A stretch of 64,000 nt of DNA from Pirellulales bacterium. Its GTDB lineage: Bacteria; Planctomycetota; Planctomycetia; Pirellulales; Thermoguttaceae. The stretch lies in the NCBI GenBank assembly GCA_963843465.1, contig CAWJKP010000001.1, positions 2,355,933 through 2,419,932 on the forward strand, read 5' to 3'. The position numbers and the translations under genes were made by a program. The notes under the pieces were generated by a model. The model was not told where the DNA came from. It ran no database searches and saw only the letters and a list, made by a program, of their open reading frames with translations. Shown piece after piece: positions 49,209 to 58,100 of the stretch (position 1 is its first letter; every line of letters begins with the position of its first letter).

Positions 49209-50060
49209 TCAAGGCCCAAGAGGCGGCTCGGCGGCAATGAAGGACGCATAATGGGCGGCGGCGAGCGACAGGTCGCTGTCGCGAGGCAAAAGCAGGCAGC
49301 GGAGCCGAGCGCGAAGGATCACGCCCTTCTCCAATCGCCCCGAGAACAAGCGGTAGGCAAGCCGGAACGCCCGAGCACGGGTCACCTTGACCCGCGTGCA
49401 GTCGGCCGGGTCGAAATCTAGGAACGACCCTCTTACCCGTTTCAGTTCGAGCCCGGTGCAGTCGGCCGGGTGGACCATTGCGGCGAAGCTCCAGGCGTCG
49501 CCAGGCAGGCGGAACAACAGGCAGCCGGGGGCGCCACGGTTGGATTCCTCACCCGTGCTCTCGGCGCCGCTGCAAAGGCCAGCCGTAGCAGCCGACGACG
49601 CTTGCGGGCCGGGTGCAACCGAGCAGGGTTCGAAGCGGCCAGGGTCCGCCGAGGCCAATCGCCAGGCACCCGTTGCCGCCACGGTATTCCAGACCGCCAT
49701 CTCCGGCCGGCTGTCCAACAACGGGGTCCGCACGGAGACCACCAGGTCCAACACCGCCAGCGGTTCCTCAATGCCGGCACGCCAGCGGGCGTCGACGCGG
49801 ACGGGCCAGGAGGGCGACTCGCCATACGCTGCCACAAGGTTGTCCCATTGGACGTAGCGCTCCAGCAGGCGAGTTCCGTCGAGCTGCCCTGGCGCGGCGG
49901 CTTCCAGCGCCAGCAGGGACAACGCCAACGGCTGGCCGTGGTAACGCACCGCGATCAGGCCCCGCGACGGCCGGGCCAAGTCGAGGGTCGCGGTCAACGG
50001 GCCGATTCGCAGCGTGCCGCAGGAACTCTCGAGCAACCACGGTTGCGCAATCATCGCCAT
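49209..50060 (-). CDS. Hypothetical protein
   Basis: 283-aa ORF co-directional with uxaC, overlapping it by 4 nt. No recognisable motif. The coding call rests on length and operon context only. Confidence 0.4.
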   Translation of the reverse strand: MAMIAQPWLLESSCGTLRIGPLTATLDLARPSRGLIAVRYHGQPLALSLLALEAAAPGQLDGTRLLERYVQWDNLVAAYGESPSWPVRVDARWRAGIEEPLAVLDLVVSVRTPLLDSRPEMAVWNTVAATGAWRLASADPGRFEPCSVAPGPQASSAATAGLCSGAESTGEESNRGAPGCLLFRLPGDAWSFAAMVHPADCTGLELKRVRGSFLDFDPADCTRVKVTRARAFRLAYRLFSGRLEKGVILRARLRCLLLPRDSDLSLAAAHYASFIAAEPPLGP

Positions 50061-50365
50061 CCATCAAAAAACCCCGCCGCTCGCAACTAAGGCGAAACGG
50101 CGGGGCCGGAACAGAGAAGAGGCCAGACTACGATCAAACGTCCTCGGATGAATCAAACCGCCAAAAAGGATGCTGTTCCGGAGGCGAAGGGCCCTGAATG
50201 ATGCACCGGGTATTCCTTACCCCCTTCCCTCACCCCTGATGATACCAATTCCAAAACCATTGTCCAGCCATTTTCGAGAAAATTGGGGAAACCCGCATCT
50301 TGCTCCCTTTCCCCCGCGATGGGTGGTATTATTTGGTGAGCTACGTTAAACACAGAAAATGGGCA

Positions 50366-50476
50366 AGCGTTCACGGCCACGTCGGGCGGCCACGTTGGGG
50401 ACTGGTCCATTTTTCGGCGAGAAAGCGCTTTTTGCCGTTGGACGTAAGGCCGAAAACATGGACCTGTCCCCTACGG
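50366..50476. repeat. REP/MITE family A, degenerate copy
   Basis: GTTCACGGCC...GGGACTGGTCCATTTTTCGGCG...GGCCGAAAACATGGACCTGTCCCCTACGG. Confidence 0.5.
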
Positions 50477-50524
50477 GAACACTAATCGACGCTAATCGAC
50501 GCTAACATGGTAAATTAGCGAAGA

Positions 50525-50670
50525 TTAGCGAGCCCGAATTATTCACGGCCGCATCGTAAGCGCGAAGCGTAAGCGAGGCTGGCTAAGGGACTTACCCTCG
50601 CTTACGCTTCGGGTTTCGATTCGCGCTCTGCACCGTTTACATCACGGGGAGTGAATAATCCGGGGTGAGG
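50525..50670. repeat. MITE family B, second copy
   Basis: CCCGAATTATTCACGGCCGCATCGTAAGCGCGAAGCGTAAGCGAGGCTGGCTAAGGGACTTACCCTCGCTTACGCTTCGGGTTTCGATTCGCGCTC...GGGGAGTGAATAATCCGGGG. Confidence 0.5.
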
Positions 50671-50838
50671 ATTAGTGTTCCGTCTTTCGGCCCTTCTTTT
50701 TGAGGGACACGTCAACGCTTCCCTAACTTCGTGCGTATAAGGCTCGCTGCGCTCGACGCACCCTACCTTTCCGCGACAGGAACTTCTTATAATCCGGGAG
50801 AATCATCCCACACGTCTGCCTTCAGATCGGTGGTCATA

Positions 50839-51654
50839 ATGCCTGGCTTCATGGAGATTTGCGAGGAAGCCGTCCGCCGGACGGGGCGTCTGCTGCTGGA
50901 GCGGCTGGGGAAGGTCACCGCGCGGGAGAAAGGCCCGGCCGACTTGGTAACCGAGGCCGACTTTGCCGCCCAGGAAATGGTGCGGCAGACGGTCCTGGAG
51001 GCATTTCCGGACCACGTCTTGATCGCGGAAGAAGATCCGGCGGCACTTTCCAAAGCGGGCCGCCGAGCCGCCGGAGAGAAGCCGCTTTACCGCTGGATCG
51101 TCGATCCGCTGGACGGCACCACCAACTATGTTCACCAGGTACCCCATTTCAGCGTATCCCTGGCTTTGGAGCACGATGGGCAGATCCTCGTGGGAGCGGT
51201 TCACGACCCTTCCGCCGATGAGTGCTTCACGGCGGTTGCGGGGGAAGGGGCCTGGCTGAACGGCCGCCGCATCCAGACCAGCCGGGTGACCGAACTGGCC
51301 AACGCCCTTTGTGCCATCGGGTTTCCTGCGGCTACCCGCCATGACTCCCCGGAACTGTTGCTGTTCCTCGAAGGGCTGGACCGAATCCAAGCCTTCCGTC
51401 GGACCGGTTCGGCATCGCTGAATCTTTGCTATGTCGCTTGTGGGAGGTACGATGTCGCCTGGTCGTTTTCCACGAAGATTTGGGACATCGCCGCCGGCAC
51501 GCTGCTGATTCGCGAGGCGGGCGGTCTGGTTACTTCGCCGGATGGAGGCGACCTGATTTTGGAGGAGGGACGTTTTTTGGCCGCCGCAAACGAGCGGCTA
51601 CACCGGCAGGTTGGGCAACTAGTCTTAGCGGCTGGTTTATCTTCCCACCTATAG
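50839..51654 (+). CDS. suhB: Inositol monophosphatase family protein (SuhB/IMPase-like)
   Basis: ...ADFAAQEMV...IAEED...WIVDPLDGTTNYVHQVPHFSVSLAL...WDIAAGTLLIREAGG carries the IMPase metal-binding motifs DPLDGT and WD.AAG. Confidence 0.8.
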   Translation: MPGFMEICEEAVRRTGRLLLERLGKVTAREKGPADLVTEADFAAQEMVRQTVLEAFPDHVLIAEEDPAALSKAGRRAAGEKPLYRWIVDPLDGTTNYVHQVPHFSVSLALEHDGQILVGAVHDPSADECFTAVAGEGAWLNGRRIQTSRVTELANALCAIGFPAATRHDSPELLLFLEGLDRIQAFRRTGSASLNLCYVACGRYDVAWSFSTKIWDIAAGTLLIREAGGLVTSPDGGDLILEEGRFLAAANERLHRQVGQLVLAAGLSSHL

Positions 51655-51822
51655 CGGTAAACCCACGGCGAGAAGCTCGGATTTTGTTGCTTCAAGATAG
51701 GAGGTCGGTGCGGTAGACTGAAGGTAACGCACCTCTTCCAAAGCTCCGTTCTGGGTGGGCTGGGGGATGGTTCTCCCGGTCTATTGCTGTGCGTCGGTCG
51801 TCTAGCGTAAGGGCCCGAAGCC

Positions 51823-54800
51823 TTGCAGGGTTGCAAACCGCAATTATTTCTGGGGACCGTTTGGCTATTGCTCGGCTGGTGCTCCTGGCTATCTGCGGAG
51901 GAGTTGCCGGCGGCACGCCGCGAGCCGTCCAAGACGGCCCCCGCGGTCGAGCCGATCCAGGAATCCCCGCTGACCATCCATCTGAAGGACAAGGACGGCA
52001 GGCTGATCCCGATGTTGGATTGGTCGTTCGAGGACTTCATTCGGGTTTACCAGGAGAACCGGGGGTTCAAGCAACGGGACGAGACGCCCGCCTACAGCCT
52101 TCAGTCGATGTCGATTACGGGGGCCGCCAAGGGGGATTACGCCGAGTTGAGCATCGAATTTGGGGTGCTCGTGCGGGATGGCCAGTGGACCCGGGTGCCT
52201 TTGCGGTTGAACCAGGCGATCCTGCGGGAGGGAGTGAAATATGCGGGTCCGGGGCAGCAGTTTGTGGGGTTTGAGGCGGCAGGTGACGGGTACGTCAGTT
52301 GGATCCACGGGGCGTCCGCGGAGCGGCACCGGCTGACGATGAACGTCATGGTCCCGCTGGCCAGCGTGGGGGAGGAGACGCGGCTGAAGCTCTCGGTGCC
52401 GCGGGCGACCAGCAGCGAGTTGAAGCTGACGGTGCCGCTGGCCAAGGCGTTTGGGCAGGTCGCGGAAGGGTCCACCCTGGCGTCGAAGCCGGCCAATGGG
52501 GGCGCGGCCACGGAATTCGACGTGCTGGGACTTGGGGGCGATTTCGAGATCTCCTGGCGGAAATCGGCCAGCGCCGCGGCCGAGGGACAGCCCGTGCTGG
52601 AAGCGGTGGGCGCGATTTCCGCCCGGGTCGACAGCCGGTTGGTGAACACTGAGGCGGTGCTGACGGTGCGGGCCTTTGGCGGACTGCTGGATCACTTTCG
52701 CGTCCGGCTTCCGCAAGGGTCGGAATTGGTGGCGGGGAATCCGATGGGCTACACGGTCGTGCCGTCGGCGGCCAAGGGGGCGGCGGCGGATGCGAGGGAA
52801 GTCGAGGTGCGATTTCCGCGCAAGGTTTCCGGGCCCGTCGAGGTTCGCCTGGCGACGCGGCAGACGTACGAAGCGGCGCCGGCAGGGGGTTGGTTCGAGC
52901 TGGCCGGGTTCGAGGTGGTGGAGGCGGGGCGGCAGTGGGGCCATTTCGCCATCAGCGTGGTCGGCGATCTGCACGTCGTTTGGGGACCGGATAAGGGTGT
53001 GCGGCAGGTCGACGAGTTGCCGGAGCCCCTGCGGCGGGAGAACTTGCTGGCGGGGTTCGAGTATTTCACGCAGCCCTTTTCGCTCACCGCCCGGGTCGTT
53101 TCGCGGAAGACGCGGCTGAGCGTCGAGCCGGAGTACGTGTTCCTGGTCGAGCCGGACCAGGTGCGTCTGAAGGCGAAGCTGAAATACACGGTTCGCGGGG
53201 CGAAGACTTCGGCCCTGGACGTGATCCTGCCCGATTGGACGCTGGATGAGGTCGGTCCCGACAACCTGGTGGCGGTCGATGCGGTGGCGACCGGTCCGAA
53301 GGGCACGGTTTCCATCCCGCTGACCACGCCCTCGATCGGTCCGCTGGAGATCGACTTGCGGGCGCACAAGCGGCTGGAGCCGGGCGCCAAGTCGGTTTCC
53401 TTCGCCATGCCGCAACCGCAAAACGGATCGGTCAGCCCGGCGGCGGTGGTGGTCTTACCCGCCGACAACGTCGAGCTTTCGACCGATTCCAAGGCCACCA
53501 TCGGGCTGATCCGGCAGCAGAACGCCCCGCCCATGAGCCTGCCCGAGCGGCAGCAGGCGCCGTGGTTCTATCGTGCCGAGTCGCCCAAGGCGGTCTTCGC
53601 CGCGGCCGTCACCACCCACAGCCAATCGGTCGGCGTGGATGTCGCCAGCGAGGTCCAGATCGTCGGGCAGAAGGCCCTGGTAGAGGAGAAGATTTCCTAC
53701 GCAGTCGCCTATCAACCTCTGGACAAGGTCTCGTTGCAGGTGCCGCGGAGCCTGCTGGGATCGGACAAGATCGAGATCAGCATCGATGGGCAGCCGCTGT
53801 CGCTGAGCGAGCCGGCCGATGCAGCCGACAAGCCGGGCGAGCCCGGGCCCGTCCTACGGCGGTTGCTGCTGCCCTCGCCACGGATCGGGACCTGCGAGCT
53901 GGTCGTGAGGTATCCGATCGCGCTGGAAAAGCTGCTGCCGGAAGCGGGCATCAGCGCCAGCGTGCCGTTGGTCATGCCCCTGGACGGCAAGCTCACAAGC
54001 AACCGCGCGCTGGTGACGGCCAACGCCGGCGTCCGCGTGCAACTCCTGGAGGGCCCGTGGACGGTGGTCGATCCGTCGGTCCCAGAGCTTGAACATCGGC
54101 AGGGGCAGCAGTTGGCCGCCACCCAGCGGAGCGACCGCGTTGTGCTGGGCATTCACCTGGAAGACCGCGACGCCCTGGGGGCGACGATCGTCGAGCGGGC
54201 CTGGATCCAGACCGTGTTCTTGGACGGCGGCCGGCAGGACCGGGCCGTGCTGCGCTTCACCAGCGATCAGCGGGAGCTGAGCCTGGCGGTCCCCGCGGGG
54301 ATCGACCCGGGCAAAGTCGAGGTCTGGCTCGACCGGCAGCGGGTGGAAGGGACGCCTGCCGGCGGAAAGCTCACGATCGAGCTGCCGGAAGGCTTTTCCC
54401 AAGGTTCGCACTGGCTCGAGGCGAGCTATCGTTTTCCGGCGGGCCCGGCGGGCCGGGGGTGGCTCTCGCTGGAACTGCCGCACCTGGGGCGGGATGTTTG
54501 GGTCCGCCGCCTGTACTGGCAACTGGTCTTGCCCAGGAACGAGCACGTGATTGCCTCGCCGGCCGGCATGTTGCCGGAATTCACCTGGGGTTGGAACGGG
54601 AGTTTTTTCGGCCGCAACCCTTCGTTCGAGCAGCCGATGCTGGAGGTTTGGAGCGGGGGCCAGCACCGTACGCCGGTGCCGTTTGCCACCAGTCGCTACG
54701 TCTATAGCAGTTTACAGCCGGTGGAGCGCTGCGAGCTGCGAACGGCCAACCGGACGTGGATCGTGTTGTTTGCGTCGGGGCTGGTCTTGATTGGCGGGTT

Positions 54801-55125
54801 GGTGCTGATCTACGTTCCGGCGACCCGGCACCCCGCCGCGCTGCTGCTGGCGGCGATCGTGCTGGGCTCGTTGGCGGTGCTCTATCCGGAGCCGACGCTT
54901 TTGGCGGCGCAGGCGGCCAGTCTCGGGCTGGCGGCTGCCTTCCTGGCGGCGCTCTTGCAGCGGATCATGCTGCGGCGGCGGCTGGGGTTGCGCGACTCGG
55001 CAAGCTCGCTGCTGGATAAGGGGTCGACCCAGACGCTCTACCCGTCACCCTCAGGCAGCCGTCCCGGCTCGACGGAGAGCAAACCGGCCGTGGCATCTCT
55101 GCCGGCTGCGGGGCACCCATCATGA
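51823..55125 (+). CDS. Giant exported protein, paralog 1 of 3 (1100 aa; N-terminal signal, C-terminal triple-TM anchor)
   Basis: Signal MQGCKPQLFLGTVWLLLGWCSWLSA. C-terminal hydrophobic segments TWIVLFASGLVLIGGLVLIYV / ALLLAAIVLGSLAVLY / AAQAASLGLAAAFLAALL. It shares motifs with the two downstream genes (LSVPRATSSELKLTVP here vs SIPRLATSRLELSIP in paralog 3). Its stop overlaps the next start (ATGA). Confidence 0.6.
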   Translation: MQGCKPQLFLGTVWLLLGWCSWLSAEELPAARREPSKTAPAVEPIQESPLTIHLKDKDGRLIPMLDWSFEDFIRVYQENRGFKQRDETPAYSLQSMSITGAAKGDYAELSIEFGVLVRDGQWTRVPLRLNQAILREGVKYAGPGQQFVGFEAAGDGYVSWIHGASAERHRLTMNVMVPLASVGEETRLKLSVPRATSSELKLTVPLAKAFGQVAEGSTLASKPANGGAATEFDVLGLGGDFEISWRKSASAAAEGQPVLEAVGAISARVDSRLVNTEAVLTVRAFGGLLDHFRVRLPQGSELVAGNPMGYTVVPSAAKGAAADAREVEVRFPRKVSGPVEVRLATRQTYEAAPAGGWFELAGFEVVEAGRQWGHFAISVVGDLHVVWGPDKGVRQVDELPEPLRRENLLAGFEYFTQPFSLTARVVSRKTRLSVEPEYVFLVEPDQVRLKAKLKYTVRGAKTSALDVILPDWTLDEVGPDNLVAVDAVATGPKGTVSIPLTTPSIGPLEIDLRAHKRLEPGAKSVSFAMPQPQNGSVSPAAVVVLPADNVELSTDSKATIGLIRQQNAPPMSLPERQQAPWFYRAESPKAVFAAAVTTHSQSVGVDVASEVQIVGQKALVEEKISYAVAYQPLDKVSLQVPRSLLGSDKIEISIDGQPLSLSEPADAADKPGEPGPVLRRLLLPSPRIGTCELVVRYPIALEKLLPEAGISASVPLVMPLDGKLTSNRALVTANAGVRVQLLEGPWTVVDPSVPELEHRQGQQLAATQRSDRVVLGIHLEDRDALGATIVERAWIQTVFLDGGRQDRAVLRFTSDQRELSLAVPAGIDPGKVEVWLDRQRVEGTPAGGKLTIELPEGFSQGSHWLEASYRFPAGPAGRGWLSLELPHLGRDVWVRRLYWQLVLPRNEHVIASPAGMLPEFTWGWNGSFFGRNPSFEQPMLEVWSGGQHRTPVPFATSRYVYSSLQPVERCELRTANRTWIVLFASGLVLIGGLVLIYVPATRHPAALLLAAIVLGSLAVLYPEPTLLAAQAASLGLAAAFLAALLQRIMLRRRLGLRDSASSLLDKGSTQTLYPSPSGSRPGSTESKPAVASLPAAGHPS

Positions 55126-58100
55126 GCGGGCCTCTTCCGGGCTGGCCGATCCTATTCGTCGCCGCTTTGGCGGGCCTGGCATGGGAGACCGGGGCATGGG
55201 GGGCCGAGGGGGCGCCGCCGGCGGTCAAGGAGGCCCCGCCGCTGGTTTATCGCCGCATGTTCGCCCCCGCCGATCGGATGGAGCTGTGGCCTCGCGGCGG
55301 CGCCCGCCTGGTGCCCATGCAGGCGGCGGAGTTTGAACGTCTGACGTCGATCGCGCGGATGGCGGCCAGCGGGAGTGATGCGTCGATTGCAGCGGCGGTC
55401 GCCTCCGCCGGCTATCGTGCCAAGCTTTCCGGGGACGTGCTGACCGAGGGCGAGGCATCGTTGGAGATCGTCCACACGGCGCAGGGCGCCGTCATGCTGC
55501 CGCTGGACCCTTGCGGTCTGGCGGTGAGCAAGGCCGCCTGGTCGGTCGACGAAAGCAAGCCGGCGCAATTGGGATTGGGCGCCGACGGCAAGTTGCGGGT
55601 GCTGGTGGAGCGGTCGGGAATGCTCAAATTGGCCTGGTCGCTCCGCGGCCGGCGCGACGCCGCCGGGGCCGAGGACTTCTCCTTGGAGCTTCCTCCGGCC
55701 CCCAGCAGCCACTTGATTCTCGATCTGCCTGAGAAGACCGTTCCCTTAGTGGACCACGGGATCGTGGTCAAGGATGCGAACGAGGAGAAGGGGGCGGTCC
55801 GCTGGCGGATCGAGCTGGGCGGGAATCATCGCCTTCGGCTGCGGATATTGCCCGGCGAGGACTTGGCGACCGCCGGCCCCTTGACCCGCGTCCGCCAATC
55901 GCTGGACTACAAGTTCAGCCTGCACGGCCTGGATCTCGACGCCCGCTTCCAGCTCGACGTTCACAACGAGCCGCTACGGCAGATCGCCGTGTCGATGGAC
56001 CGCGGCTTGCAACTCGTCTCGGCCCGCTGCGGCAACGCCCCGGTGGCCTGGTCGGTCATGGCGCCGACGCCCGACAGCAGGTCTCTGCGGGTGGTGCTGG
56101 AGTTTCCCGAGCCTATCCAGGGGACGGGACGGGTGTTGAGCCTGGGGACCGTGGCGCCGCTGCGGACCGACGCCCGCTGGAAGTTGCCTTCGATCCGGCC
56201 GGAGGGTCTGTTCTGGCAGGAAGGTGCGGCCACTCTTGCGGTGGCGCGGCCGTTGCTGCTGGAGCAACTTCTTGTGCATCGCGGGCGGCAGTTCCGCTTG
56301 GAGTCGCTTTTGCCGCCGAACCAGGGCGAAAGAACGGAGATCCAACTCTTCTCCCCCGAGGCGGAGTTGGAAGTCCTGCTGGCCCGTGCGCAATCGCCGC
56401 TGTTGGTGGACAGTGCCACGTCGATCGAGCTGACCGGCGGGCAGATGACCGGCCGCGTGGGGGCCAACTTCCACCTGGCCGACGGCGAGCGATACCAGTT
56501 GCAGGCCGATATCGGCCGCGGCTGGATCATCGACTCCGTGGACTCGCTGCCGGCGGAGGCGATCGGCGACTGGGACGTGGAGGAAGCGGAGGCGTTAGCC
56601 CCGGCGGCCACGCCGGCCGTGTCGTTAGCCACCGGGAAGAGACAGCTTGAGCAAATCTCCTCTGTAGGGAACGCCCTCCGTGGCGTTCCGCAGCCGGCGG
56701 AAAAGGGTATCCTCCCTTCGCGGAACGCCACGGAGGGCGTTCCCTACAGGCGGAAGCTGGTGGTCCGATGGACGCAGGCCCTCTCGCCCGCCCGACCGGC
56801 GCAGTTGCTCGTCAGCGGCCGGCGACTGCACTCCCCCTTGGGCGAGTCCCTGTCGATCGACGATCTGGTGCCGCTGGTGTTCCGCGCGTCGGCCGGCGCC
56901 CACCGGCTGGTGGCCGTCTCGGCGGTGGAGCCTTACCAGGTCAAGGTGAGCGGGGCGGAACAGGTTTCGCTGCTTAGTCCGGCAAGCCTTGATTCGTCGG
57001 TCGCGAAGCTCTTTGCCCGGCCGCCTCGGGGAGTCGTCTTCGAGAATACGCCGGCGGCGGCCGGTCTGAAGTTCTCCCTGGAGAACCAGCGACCGCAGTA
57101 CGCAGCGGCGATCCACGTCGAGGCCACGGTCTCGGACCGATCGCTTGCCGAATCCTACCGGCTGGTTTGCACGCCGGAGTCGGCGCGGGTCCAGCGGCTG
57201 GTGGTCGAGTTCTCGCCGCATCGCCAGGGGCCTCTTCGTTGGACGCTTGTGGGCGACGGCGAGGATCCGCCCACCGCCAGGCCGCTTCCGTCGGGGATTG
57301 GTCCATTTTTCGGCGGGAAAGGCCGTTTGGCGCATTCACCCGGGGCCGAAAACAGGGACCTGTCCCCTTTGGCGGCAGCGGCCCAGCCGGGCGAGGATCG
57401 CCAACGATGGGAGATCCTCCTGCGAAAACCCAAGAGCACGCCCTTCGAGATCCGCGCGGTTCGCACCAGTGCGCTGGAATTGCTGCCGGCCTCGCCCCAA
57501 CCGGTCAGCCTGGCCTCGCTCCCCGAAGCCACGCGCCAACAGGCGACGCTGACCGTGGCCGCCATTGGCTCCCGCGCCGTGCGGATCGCAGCGCGGCTGC
57601 TGGAGCCGCTGCCGATCGAGGTTCCCGACGCCGGCCGGTATACGACGGTCCGGGCGGCCTATCGCTACGATCCGTCGCACAACGTCCCTTCGGCCCCGCA
57701 GGCGGTGCTCTACCTGTTGCCCGCCGCGGCCGGAAGCGACGGTCCTGCGGCCTGGGCTTGGAGCTGCCGCCTGCAATCGCGACTGGACGACGAGGGAACG
57801 GGCCGCCACCTGGTGACCTACCGCTTGGAGAACAGCGGACGAAGGCGGTTGACCGTCGCGCTTCCCGGCGGAGTGTCGCTGGGGCAAGTGCGGGGAATCT
57901 GGGTGGATGGGGTTCGCGCGGCGTGGCAAAGCAGCGGCAGGAGTGCTCCTCACGCTCCGCGTGAGGGTATGCGTCACGCGGAGCGTGACGAGTGCAACCG
58001 ACTGGAGGTGGAGCTTCCCGCGGGCGAGCGGTACCCGGTCGTCAGGCTCCAGTACACGACGCACGGCCCGCCGCTGGGACTGGTGAGCCGGCTCGATCCG